A stretch of DNA of 64,000 bases from an uncultured Chloroflexia bacterium (GTDB lineage Bacteria; Chloroflexota; Limnocylindria; Limnocylindrales; CSP1-4): NCBI GenBank assembly GCA_963755115.1, contig CAVWIK010000004.1:145218-209217 (forward strand). The letters run 5' to 3'. Of the stretch, positions 54,903-63,665 are shown piece after piece. Every line of letters begins with the position of its first letter. Position 1 is the stretch's first letter. The translations under genes were made by a program, and so were the position numbers. Below the pieces are notes generated by a model. It made no database searches. It had not been told where the DNA came from and saw nothing but the letters and a program-made list of their open reading frames with translations.

Positions 54903-55277
54903 GTGAACGCCGAGTTCAATTGGTGGCTGCTCATCGTCGGGCTCGTCGTCGGAGCCGGGCTGGTCTGGTTCGTCGTGGCGGACGCGCGACGGCGCGAGCA
55001 CGAGGTCGACACCGACGAGCGGCCGCGCGAGGCGCTGTGGCTGGCCACGGTGATGGAACGCGAAGGCATGCCGGTCGGCCCGGAGGCCGCGGAGCGGTTG
55101 CTCGAGCTCCACCGGGCGTATCTCGACAGCCCCCCGCCGGACGACCCGGACCCTCAGGACGCGGAGGTTAGCACCGGGTCGGACCCGACGATGGCGCCAT
55201 CGGGACCGACCAGCGAGACGCCGAACGTCTCGCCCCCGGCCAGTCCCGCGACGGCGGGCGACGGCCCCACCCAGTAG
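54903..55277 (+). CDS. Hypothetical protein with N-terminal TM helix
   Basis: VNAEFNWWLLIVGLVVGAGLVWFVV; TATACT 8 nt upstream of the GTG; 3' end overlaps the convergent anti-sigma gene by 124 bp. Confidence 0.65.
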   Translation: MNAEFNWWLLIVGLVVGAGLVWFVVADARRREHEVDTDERPREALWLATVMEREGMPVGPEAAERLLELHRAYLDSPPPDDPDPQDAEVSTGSDPTMAPSGPTSETPNVSPPASPATAGDGPTQ

Positions 55278-55993
55278 GCGAGCCCCCCGCCGAAGAACAT
55301 CTTGCCGATCCCCTTGCGGGCCCCATCGACGATCACCCAGCACCGGTACTCCTGGCCATCGGGTGGCGGGTTCAGGCCGGTGGCGACGACCACGAGCTCG
55401 GACGAGGCGGGTGAGTAGACGAGGGTCCCCGTCGTGGCGTCGCCGCTCGGGTTGTCGAGGCTGACGCGGGCCGCGTCCGGCTCCGCGGTCAGGCGGAGCG
55501 TGGCGGTCGTGACCGTGGCCAGGTCCTCGATCGCCTGGTCCTGGGCAGACAGCCGGTCATCGACGCGCGACCCGACGATCAGCGAGGTGGCGGCCACGGA
55601 GAGCACCACGGCTGCGGCGACCGCGGCGACCCAGCGGAATGCCGTCGCCCGGCGCGTCCCTGCGGGCGACTCGGCGACGGCCGGCACCACGGCCAGCGCC
55701 GGCGTCGTGGCGGCTGCCGGGGCGGTCACGCCCGGGCCTCGCGGCACCCCGTGCGCTCGCACGTACGCGAGCGTCCGGTCGCGCAGGTCCGGCGACGGCG
55801 AGTCCGCGACGACGCCGCGGGTGAGCTCGCTCACCTTCCGCAGACGGTCGAGCTCGAGGGTGCACGACGCACACCCGACCAGGTGCCCGGCGACGGCCAT
55901 CGCCGTCGGCGTGTCGCCGGCCATCAACCGGTCCAGACCGCCCGGCTCCACAGCCGCGATCTCCAGAGCCTCTAGAACCGATTCGTGATCCAT
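55154..55993 (-). CDS. Zinc-binding anti-sigma factor (RskA-like)
   Basis: HLVGCASC ZAS motif, one TM helix, extracytoplasmic GLNPPPDGQEYRCW. Confidence 0.85.
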   Translation of the reverse strand: MDHESVLEALEIAAVEPGGLDRLMAGDTPTAMAVAGHLVGCASCTLELDRLRKVSELTRGVVADSPSPDLRDRTLAYVRAHGVPRGPGVTAPAAATTPALAVVPAVAESPAGTRRATAFRWVAAVAAAVVLSVAATSLIVGSRVDDRLSAQDQAIEDLATVTTATLRLTAEPDAARVSLDNPSGDATTGTLVYSPASSELVVVATGLNPPPDGQEYRCWVIVDGARKGIGKMFFGGGLAYWVGPSPAVAGLAGGETFGVSLVGPDGAIVGSDPVLTSAS

Positions 55994-56000
55994 CCTCGTC

Positions 56001-56654
56001 CTATCCGTCCTCGCCGGACCGCGCCGGCAACGCTTGTTCATCTTCGAGTGCGTCGCGGAGTCGCCGCAACGCCCGCCGTGTCCTGGTCTTCACCGTGCCG
56101 AGCGGCCACCCGAGCCGGTCGGCGATCTCCGTCTGCGTCAGCTCCTCGCGGTAGGCGAGGACGATGACCGTGCGCTCGTCGGCCGCCATCCCCTCGAGCG
56201 CGCGCTCGATGGCGTCCCGTGTCTCCTTCGACGCGTAGGCCGCCTCCGGTCCGACCGGTGTGGCGGCCCCCGCGACGACCGTCCCCATCGTCGCGGCTCG
56301 CTCGAGGACCTGTGTCTCCGACTCGTCCGACTCGGGGCCGGGCGACGAGACGATCGATGGGCGCCGCCCCGCCGCCCGAAGACGGTCCACGGTCCGGTTG
56401 CGCGCGATCGTGTGCAACCAGGCCGACAGCGAACCCGTCCCGGGATCGAACGATTCCGCCCGATCCCACAGCGCCAGGAAGGTGTCCTGGACCACTTCTT
56501 CGGCCACGCCTCGATCCGATGTCAGCCGGCGAGCCACCGCGAAGATCGCGTCGGCGTGCCGGTCATAGAGGTTCGCCAGGGCATCGAACGACCCGCCCGC
56601 GACCGCGCGGACGAGGGCGACGTCGTCTGGATGCCTGTGACGGTCCTCGGTCAT
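56001..56654 (-). CDS. ECF RNA polymerase sigma factor (SigK-like)
   Basis: LYDRH, AEEVVQDTFL, WLHTIARNR, TQTEIA...PLGTVKTR. Confidence 0.92.
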   Translation of the reverse strand: MTEDRHRHPDDVALVRAVAGGSFDALANLYDRHADAIFAVARRLTSDRGVAEEVVQDTFLALWDRAESFDPGTGSLSAWLHTIARNRTVDRLRAAGRRPSIVSSPGPESDESETQVLERAATMGTVVAGAATPVGPEAAYASKETRDAIERALEGMAADERTVIVLAYREELTQTEIADRLGWPLGTVKTRTRRALRRLRDALEDEQALPARSGEDG

Positions 56655-56656
56655 GG

Positions 56657-57157
56657 TTACGGCTCTCGAGCCTCTGTGGATTTGTCACCGTCGGTGACGA
56701 GCGGGAGCGGGCGTCCTTCGAAGGCGCTGGACAGGACGACGTCGGTCTCCGTGGTAAATACCTGCGGCGTGGCCTGGAGCCGGACGATGACCTCCTCGAG
56801 GTGCCTGGTGTCGCGCGTCCGGATCTTCAGGAGGTAGTCCGCCTCGCCGGCGACGTGATGACAGTCCTCGATCTCGGGGATGGCGGCGAAGGAGTCGGTC
56901 AGATCGGCTCCCGCGCTCCCGGGCGCCTGGGTCAGCCAGGTGAACGCGAGGACCGTGAACCCCGCGGCCGTCGGGTCCACCGCGGCAGCGTATCCGCGGA
57001 TGACGCCCCGAGCCTCGAGCTTCTTGACCCGCTCGTGCGCCGACGGCCCGCTGATCCCCACGTCGGCGCCCAGGTCCGCATACGGGCGGCGTCCGTCGAC
57101 CTGGAGGCGCTCCAGGAGGCGCGCGTCGGTCCGATCGATCGGCGGTCGGTCAGGCAT
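56657..57157 (-). CDS. Lrp/AsnC-family transcriptional regulator
   Basis: LQVDGRRPYADLG...ERVKKLEARGVIRGY; VAGEADYLLKI. Confidence 0.92.
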   Translation of the reverse strand: MPDRPPIDRTDARLLERLQVDGRRPYADLGADVGISGPSAHERVKKLEARGVIRGYAAAVDPTAAGFTVLAFTWLTQAPGSAGADLTDSFAAIPEIEDCHHVAGEADYLLKIRTRDTRHLEEVIVRLQATPQVFTTETDVVLSSAFEGRPLPLVTDGDKSTEAREP

Positions 57158-57191
57158 CGGTGTCGGCGTCCAAATACACGAGACTGCTCAC

Positions 57192-57240
57192 GATATGTTA
57201 GGTCTGGTGGATTGCTGAGAGTGATTTGTTAGGCTAGAAT
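57192..57240. promoter_or_regulatory. AT-rich divergent promoter with direct repeats 31 bp apart (putative Lrp sites) and TAGAAT -10
   Basis: GATATGTTAGG (57192) and GATTTGTTAGG (57223); TAGAAT at 57235. Confidence 0.5.
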
Positions 57241-57334
57241 ACGGATATCGGCTCGTTCCATGGATGTCGGCCGACCGCACCAAGCGGCCGGACCACTGCG
57301 GTCCGCGGCGTCCACTGCAGCGAAGGAGAACACG

Positions 57335-57472
57335 ATGATCCTCGCGATCGTCATCGGCCTCCTGGCGCTGTTCTCGCTGATCAGCTACCTGCTGGGCACC
57401 GACGAACCCCGCCAGGCCAACGTCGATGCTGACAAAGACGTCAGGTTCCTGATGCGGTTCGGCGCTCACTGA
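57335..57472 (+). CDS. Small single-TM protein (45 aa)
   Basis: AAGGAG RBS; MILAIVIGLLALFSLISYLLGTDEPRQ...; followed by a terminator. Confidence 0.7.
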   Translation: MILAIVIGLLALFSLISYLLGTDEPRQANVDADKDVRFLMRFGAH

Positions 57473-57502
57473 GCGTCGGCCGTCACTCGATAGCCTAGCC
57501 GA

Positions 57503-57535
57503 CGAGGCCCCGCACAGCGGGGCTTCGCCCTTTTC
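57503..57535 (+). terminator. Intrinsic terminator
   Basis: CGAGGCCCCGC-ACA-GCGGGGCTTCG followed by CCCTTTT. Confidence 0.7.
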
Positions 57536-57540
57536 GTCCG

Positions 57541-57864
57541 CTACCAGTCTCCCGCGAGCCGCCGTTCCGGCGCTGGGAACGTCCCCGCCGGCACGTGCGC
57601 CTCGAGACAGGTGACGCCCGCGGGGCCAACGAGCGCGTCGTGGCTGGTCCCGGCCGGCAGGTCCAGCCGGTCCCCGACATCCAGCTCGAAGCTCGACCCC
57701 GCTGCCGGAAGCCCGAAGCGGACCGATCCCGCGACGACGACGAGCACCTTGTCGTAGGTGTGCTCGTGCGCACCGTACTGATCGCCCGGTCCGTTCGACC
57801 AGGGCGTCGGGCGCCAACCCTCGGTCCAGAGCCGCTCGACGAGACGCGCCTTGACCGATTCCAT
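57541..57864 (-). CDS. Cupin-domain protein
   Basis: HEHTYDK...GDRLDLPAGTSH; ATG 7 nt after TAGGAT. Confidence 0.82.
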   Translation of the reverse strand: MESVKARLVERLWTEGWRPTPWSNGPGDQYGAHEHTYDKVLVVVAGSVRFGLPAAGSSFELDVGDRLDLPAGTSHDALVGPAGVTCLEAHVPAGTFPAPERRLAGDW

Positions 57865-57874
57865 CCGCCCCATC

Positions 57875-59047
57875 CTAGCCCGCTGTCGTCACGCCGATGA
57901 TCGAGCCGATCGCGAACGTGACGATCGCGGCCCCCAGGCCGATGAGCATCTGGCGCAGGCCCGAGAAGACGAGGCTCCGCCCGGTGAGCAGGCTGACCGC
58001 GGCGCCGACGCCGAACAGGGCGACGAGGCTGATCCCGAGGCTGGCGATCAGCGCGCTGGTCCCGCCGCCGACGAGATAGGGCAGGACCGGCACCGCGGCT
58101 CCGAGCGCGAACGCGAGGAACGACCCGCCCGCCGCCCGGATCGGCGAGCCGAGCTCGTCCGGGTCGAGCCCGAGCTCCTCGCGGACCAGCGTGTCGAGCG
58201 CGGTCTTCGGGTCCGCGAAGATGCGATGGGCGATGCGCGTCGCCTCGTCGGGCGCGAACCCCTTGGACCGGTAGAGGGCGGCCAGCTCGGCCTCCTCCTC
58301 CTCCGGCATCGCCTCCATCTCCGCGCGCTCGAGGGCGATCTGGCGCTCGAAGAGCTCGCGCTGGCTCTGCATGGAGATGTACTCCCCGGCCGCCATGCTG
58401 AACGATCCGGCGAGGAGGCCGGCGATCCCGGCGAGCAGGATGAAGCTCGGGTTGCCCGTGGCCGCGCCGGCGACGCCCATGACGAGCGAGAGGTTGCTGA
58501 CCAGGCCATCGGAGACGCCGAAGATGACCGCGCGAAGCGTGCCCGACCGGCCGCCCGTCCGGTGCCATCGCTCGTGCGCGCCGATGTCCGCCGCCGAGGT
58601 GGCCCGACGCGCCACGGCCACGCCGTCGCGCGCGGGATCCGTCGCCTCGCCGGTCGCCAGCCGGTCCCAGATCTCCGCGTGCTCGCGCTCGTCGGCGGCG
58701 ATCGCGGCGACCTCGGGCGAGACCTCCTGGGCGTCGTACGCCGCCTCCTCGTCGCCCTCGAGCGCCTTGACGAGGTCGGCCACGGCTCGCGTCCCGAAGA
58801 GCCGCGCGATCAGCACGATGACCCGGACGCGCGCGCGGGGCGCTCCAGCTGCGGGGACCGTCGCCCCGAGCTCGGTCAGCTTTGACGCCCAGATACCCGC
58901 ATGGCGACGTTCGTTCGAGGCGATTCGCGCGAACGCCGCTGCGCGGGCGGGATCCTTCTCGATGCTCGAGAGCGCCTCGTAGAGGACGATCGCGTCGCGC
59001 TCGAGCTTGAGGTTGTCCAGGCTCGTCTGGACGTCGATCGGCGCCAT
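57875..59047 (-). CDS. VIT1/CCC1 iron/manganese transporter with N-terminal ferritin-like (rubrerythrin) domain
   Basis: ExxH motifs (NERRH, DEREH); LRAVIFGVSDGL; SMAAGEY. Confidence 0.9.
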   Translation of the reverse strand: MAPIDVQTSLDNLKLERDAIVLYEALSSIEKDPARAAAFARIASNERRHAGIWASKLTELGATVPAAGAPRARVRVIVLIARLFGTRAVADLVKALEGDEEAAYDAQEVSPEVAAIAADEREHAEIWDRLATGEATDPARDGVAVARRATSAADIGAHERWHRTGGRSGTLRAVIFGVSDGLVSNLSLVMGVAGAATGNPSFILLAGIAGLLAGSFSMAAGEYISMQSQRELFERQIALERAEMEAMPEEEEAELAALYRSKGFAPDEATRIAHRIFADPKTALDTLVREELGLDPDELGSPIRAAGGSFLAFALGAAVPVLPYLVGGGTSALIASLGISLVALFGVGAAVSLLTGRSLVFSGLRQMLIGLGAAIVTFAIGSIIGVTTAG

Positions 59048-59089
59048 CGCCTCGATGGTAGCGGAACCCGCCTCGTAGACTGACCGGCG

Positions 59090-60103
59090 ATGACGACCGC
59101 CCCGTTCCCCCCGCTGCGCTACCTGTCGGCCGACGACGTGCGCGCCGCCATGCCACCGGTCGAGGAGCGCGTCGCGCTCGCGCAGCGGACGATGATCGCG
59201 CTCGTGTCCGACGCGGACATGCCGCCGAAGATCGGCGTCCACCCGCGCGTCGAGGGCTCGTTCGCGCACGCGATGCCCGCGTTCCTGCGCGGCGCGGACC
59301 CGGCGGGATCGGAGGACCGGCTCGGGATCAAGTGGGTCACCGGGTTCGGCACCGCGAACACGTCGCGCGGCCTCCCGGCCATCGGCGCGCTCGTCGTGCT
59401 CAGTGACGCCCTGTCCGGGCTCCCGGTCTCGATCCTCGACGGGGGCCCCATCACGGCCGAGCGGACCGCCGCCGTGTCCGGCGTCGCGTTCGCCCGGTTC
59501 GCTCCCGAGGTCGGCGGGCGGGCGATCCGGGCAACGATCATCGGGGCCGGAGTCCAGGGGCACAGCCACGTGCCGGTACTCGGGCGCGTGCTGGCGGACG
59601 TCGAGCTCACGATCCATGATCGCAACCCGGACCGCGCCGCGGCCCTCGCGCAGGTGGCGACGCAGACCGCGGGGATCGGGAAGGTGCGCCTCGCCGGATC
59701 CGTGGACGAGGCCGTCGCCGATGCCGATGTCGTCGTCACGGCCGCGTCCTTCACCGCGCCCGCCGGCCGGCAGACGCTGCGGGCCGGCTCCCTGCGTCCG
59801 GACGCCCTGATCGTCGCGGTCGACTACGCGACGCTGGTCGCCGCGGAGGTCGCCACGACGGCCGGCCTGTTCATCGTCGACGAGCGCGGCCAGTTCCTCG
59901 CCAATCGCGACGCCGGCCAGTTCGACGGGTACCCGGATCCGGCCGCGACCCTGGGTGAGGCCATCCTCGCCGGCACGCGGCGACCCGCGACCGGCCGGGT
60001 GCTGGTCTCGCACCTCGGCGTGGGTCTCGCCGACGTGATCTTCGGCCACGCGATCCTGGCGCGCGCGACCGCGGCCGGCCTGGGCACGATCCTGCCGCGA
60101 TGA
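59090..60103 (+). CDS. Ornithine cyclodeaminase/mu-crystallin family protein
   Basis: AHAMPA, GIKWV, ITAERTAAVS, IIGAGVQG, HLGVGLAD. Confidence 0.88.
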   Translation: MTTAPFPPLRYLSADDVRAAMPPVEERVALAQRTMIALVSDADMPPKIGVHPRVEGSFAHAMPAFLRGADPAGSEDRLGIKWVTGFGTANTSRGLPAIGALVVLSDALSGLPVSILDGGPITAERTAAVSGVAFARFAPEVGGRAIRATIIGAGVQGHSHVPVLGRVLADVELTIHDRNPDRAAALAQVATQTAGIGKVRLAGSVDEAVADADVVVTAASFTAPAGRQTLRAGSLRPDALIVAVDYATLVAAEVATTAGLFIVDERGQFLANRDAGQFDGYPDPAATLGEAILAGTRRPATGRVLVSHLGVGLADVIFGHAILARATAAGLGTILPR

Positions 60104-61311
60104 GCCAGCCCGGTGGCACCGGCGGCCTCCCCGACGTCGTGGTCGTGGGCGCCGGGACCATGGGCGCCTGGACGGCGCTCGCGGCCCGTCGCCTTGGCGT
60201 GACGACGACGCTGATCGATGCGTTCGGCGCCGGGAACTCGCGGGCCACCTCAGGCGACGAGTCGCGGATCATCCGCTCGTCGCATGGCGACGATGGTCTC
60301 TATGCCAGCTGGTCCCGCCGCGCCCGCGAAGCGTGGCTCGCCTTCGGCGACGAGGTCGGCGAGTCTTTCCTCGTCCCGACCGGGGCCCTGTGGCTCGCGC
60401 ATCGGGCGGAGGGCTTCGAGGCCGCGTCCGAGGCGACCCTCCGACAGCTCGGGATCCCCGTCGAGCGGCTGAGCGCCGGCGAGATCGTCGAGCGCTGGCC
60501 GGCGATGGCGACCGACGACCTCGCGTTCGCGATCCACGAGCCGGAGGCGGGCCTGCTCCTGGCCCGCCGGGGCGTCGCGGCGGTCGCGCGACGGTTCGGC
60601 GAGCTCGGCGGCCGGTTCGAGCTGGCATGGGCGCAGCCTGGGGCCTCGAGAGGGTCACGGCTGCTGGATGTCGCGCTCGCCGACGGCCGCCACGTCGATG
60701 GGGACCAGTTCGTGTTCGCCGGCGGACCGTGGCTGCCCCGCCTGTTCCCGGACCTCCTCGGGGACATGATCCGGGTCACCAAGCAGGACGTGGTGTTCGT
60801 CGGCCCGGAGGCCGGCGACGGGCGGTTCGATGCGGAGCGGCTCCCCTGCTGGGTCGACTACGACGCCGCCTTCTACGGCTTGCCTGCAGTCGAGGGGCGG
60901 GGCATGAAGCTCGCGCCCGACCGCTACGGACCGATCTTCGATCCGTCGCACGGCGAGCGGATCGTCGACCCGGAGTCGGTGCGCCTCGCGCGGCGCTACC
61001 TGGCCCGCCGCTTCCCGGACCTCGCCGACGCCCCGGTCATCGAGACCCGCGTCTGCCAGTACGAGACGACGCCGGACACGCACTTCATCCTCGATCGCCA
61101 CCCCGACTTCGACAACGTCTGGATCGCCGGCGGTGGATCGGGGCACGCGTTCAAGCACGGACCGGTCATCGGCGAATACCTGGTCTCGCGGATCCTGAGC
61201 CCGACGGTGCCGTCGGAGGATGAGCGGTTCGGACTCGGCCACGAACGGATCCCGCGGCCCAACATGCGGACCGGTGCGGACGGGATGGTCGAGGGCTGGT
61301 CCGACTGGTAG
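60100..61311 (+). CDS. Monomeric sarcosine/N-methyltryptophan/pipecolate oxidase family flavoprotein
   Basis: GAGTMG, SGDESRIIR, CQYETTPD (covalent FAD Cys), GSGHAFK; ATGA overlap with the OCD gene. Confidence 0.85.
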   Translation: MSQPGGTGGLPDVVVVGAGTMGAWTALAARRLGVTTTLIDAFGAGNSRATSGDESRIIRSSHGDDGLYASWSRRAREAWLAFGDEVGESFLVPTGALWLAHRAEGFEAASEATLRQLGIPVERLSAGEIVERWPAMATDDLAFAIHEPEAGLLLARRGVAAVARRFGELGGRFELAWAQPGASRGSRLLDVALADGRHVDGDQFVFAGGPWLPRLFPDLLGDMIRVTKQDVVFVGPEAGDGRFDAERLPCWVDYDAAFYGLPAVEGRGMKLAPDRYGPIFDPSHGERIVDPESVRLARRYLARRFPDLADAPVIETRVCQYETTPDTHFILDRHPDFDNVWIAGGGSGHAFKHGPVIGEYLVSRILSPTVPSEDERFGLGHERIPRPNMRTGADGMVEGWSDW

Positions 61312-61336
61312 GCCGGCTCGCGCGCGTGGAGCCCGG

Positions 61337-61870
61337 CTAGCGCGCGGCGCCGACGAGCGAGGTCGCGCGGACCGCGACCTCCGGGAAGACCGCCGCCTCG
61401 TCCGCGGTCGGGACGATCCAGTCGATGAGGGCGCGGTTGATGATGATCGTGCCGACGTCCCGCGCCATCACGACGCCCCCGACGCCGTAGGCGATCGTGG
61501 CATTGGTGAGCGGGACCATCGGCTCGCGCTTGCGGACCCGGTCTTCCGGGTCGACGCCCGGTGGCACGTGGAGGTTGCCGAGCACGAGATACGGCCCGAC
61601 CTGGATCTCCATCCGCGATGTCGCGAGGTCGACGCGCTGCGCGATCGCGCCACGCGGTCCGGTCCCGACGACGGCCAGCAGGTCGGAACGGTCGACCGAC
61701 ACGGAATCGACCGCGACGAGGTGGCCGTCCTCGAGGCTCTCGAACGTCACGCTGTGCAGCTGGAACCGCTCCTGACCGTTCAGGAAGTCCGTGAGGCGGT
61801 CGCCGAACATCGTGGCCTGGGACGTGATGACGCAGTCGCCGGCGAAGGCGAGGAAGTCGATGGCTTGCAT
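61337..61870 (-). CDS. Hypothetical protein with two tandem small beta domains (DUF6812-like)
   Basis: RLTDFLN...VDRSDLLAV and VLGNLH...VPLTNATI...IINRALI look like two homologous halves. Confidence 0.6.
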   Translation of the reverse strand: MQAIDFLAFAGDCVITSQATMFGDRLTDFLNGQERFQLHSVTFESLEDGHLVAVDSVSVDRSDLLAVVGTGPRGAIAQRVDLATSRMEIQVGPYLVLGNLHVPPGVDPEDRVRKREPMVPLTNATIAYGVGGVVMARDVGTIIINRALIDWIVPTADEAAVFPEVAVRATSLVGAAR

Positions 61871-61933
61871 GTCGATGCACCGTAGCGTGGTCGTGGCGGG
61901 CCCGACCACGGGACCTTCGTACGGGCCGGGCGC

Positions 61934-62269
61934 TTACTCGCTGATCTCGAGCGGCCCGTCCGGGACCTCGATGACGACGCGTCCGTCCTCGATGACGACC
62001 GTGTAGACCGCCAGCGGCTCCGTGGCCGGCGGATCGAGCGGCTCGCCGTTCTCGAGGTCGAACCGGGACAGGTGGAGGGCGCAGGTCAGCGTGCCCGCGG
62101 TCAGGAACCCCTTGTCGAGCTCGAAGTACTCGTGCGAGCAGACGCCCTGGAGCGCGTGGAAATCGCCGTTCGTGTTGACCACGAGGACCTGATCGGTCCC
62201 ATCGACGAAGGTCATCTTCATCGTGCCTTCGGGTACCTCGTCCACCGCGATGAGGTCGATCCGCCTCAT
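61934..62269 (-). CDS. Rieske [2Fe-2S] ferredoxin (suf-associated)
   Basis: CSH...CALH Rieske motif; FDLENG...PPA. Confidence 0.9.
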   Translation of the reverse strand: MRRIDLIAVDEVPEGTMKMTFVDGTDQVLVVNTNGDFHALQGVCSHEYFELDKGFLTAGTLTCALHLSRFDLENGEPLDPPATEPLAVYTVVIEDGRVVIEVPDGPLEISE

Positions 62270-62297
62270 GGGCGCCGGGACCCGGGTCTTGGTGGCA

Positions 62298-63665
62298 TCA
62301 GGCGGCAGCAGCCGCGGCGGCCGTGCCAACGGCCCACTTCGTCTCGAGGGCCCCGCGCAGGCGGTCCTGCGCCCCGGCCAGCGGCACGCGGGCGACGACC
62401 GGCTCGAGGAACCCGAGGACGATGAACTTGCGCGCCTCGTCGGGTGGGATCCCACGGCTCTCGAGGTAGAAGAGCTGGGTCTCGTCGATCGGACCGACCG
62501 AGCTCGAGTGCGCGGCTCGGCGGCAGTCGGGCTGGTCGATCTCCAGGCTCGGGATCGCGACCGAGCGCGCCGCCTTCGAGAGGTTCATCCCGAACTCGCC
62601 GAGGAAGCTGTCGGTCCCGACGGCGGTCTTCTCGATCGTGATCAGGCCCTTCATGTAGGTCCGGGCCCGATCCAGCAAGGCGCCCTTCGAGAGCAGGTTG
62701 CCGGTCGTGTCGCGCCCGACGTGGGTGGTGTAGGAGGTCAGGTCGAACACCTGCTCCTCGCCGCCGAACACGATCTCGACCTGCTCGACCGAGCTGCGAT
62801 CGCCGACGAGGTGATTGTCGATCCGGCTGCGGACCAACCGGCCGCCGAGCTGGGCGAGCGACCAGTGGAGCTCGGCCGCCTCGCCGATGCGGGCCACCCG
62901 ATGCTGGAACGCGACGGCATCCGGGCCGAGCTCCTGGAGGCTGGTCATCGCCAGCCTCGCGCCGGCGCCGAGGATGACCTCGCTCGTGCCGGTCACGAGG
63001 CTCTGACGGCCGGCGGTCGCCTCGTCGGACGGGACGAATTCCTCCACGACCGAGGCCTGTGCGCCGTCACCGAGCTCGATGACGGTCCGGGTGAGCAGCG
63101 CCCGATCGGGCGCGCCGACCGCCCAGCGCAGGACGATCGGTCGGTCGAGGCGGACGCCCGCGGGCACGCACAGGATGACGCCCTGGTTCCACGCCGCCCG
63201 TGTCAGCTGCGCGAGCCGGTCGTCCGACGGGAGCGTGGCCGGATCGGCGAGGAGCCGCTCGGCCGTTGCCGGGTCGCGCTCGATCGTGCGAGCCGCCGTC
63301 TCGAGGGTCACGCCCGCGGCCGTCGCGACGGGGTCGAGCGTCAGCGCCTCGAGGCGGTCCTCGTGGAACGAGGCCAGCCCGGCCGTGTCGGGGTCGAGGT
63401 CGACGCGCCCCTGCGGCGCGTGGTCCGTGGCGACCGGGTACGGCCGCACGTCCTCGAGCGCCGCGGCCCGGAGGTCGACGTAGCTCGTGTAGAGCCGGTT
63501 GGACTCGATCGGGAGCGCCCCGAAGCGTTCGAAGGCGGCCCGCCGGTCCGCCGCGAGCCAGTCCGGATTGCCGGCGGCGGCGGCCTCCACGAATCCTGCA
63601 TCGAGCTGGAAGCTGAGATCGGTCGGGCCACGACGCGGCGCCCGACGGTTGCCGGGGACCGTCAA
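62298..63665 (-). CDS. sufD: Fe-S cluster assembly protein SufD
   Basis: SufBD beta-helix; SKGAL, IPSLEI, AAHSSSVGPIDETQLFYLESRGI. Confidence 0.88.
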   Translation of the reverse strand: MTVPGNRRAPRRGPTDLSFQLDAGFVEAAAAGNPDWLAADRRAAFERFGALPIESNRLYTSYVDLRAAALEDVRPYPVATDHAPQGRVDLDPDTAGLASFHEDRLEALTLDPVATAAGVTLETAARTIERDPATAERLLADPATLPSDDRLAQLTRAAWNQGVILCVPAGVRLDRPIVLRWAVGAPDRALLTRTVIELGDGAQASVVEEFVPSDEATAGRQSLVTGTSEVILGAGARLAMTSLQELGPDAVAFQHRVARIGEAAELHWSLAQLGGRLVRSRIDNHLVGDRSSVEQVEIVFGGEEQVFDLTSYTTHVGRDTTGNLLSKGALLDRARTYMKGLITIEKTAVGTDSFLGEFGMNLSKAARSVAIPSLEIDQPDCRRAAHSSSVGPIDETQLFYLESRGIPPDEARKFIVLGFLEPVVARVPLAGAQDRLRGALETKWAVGTAAAAAAA

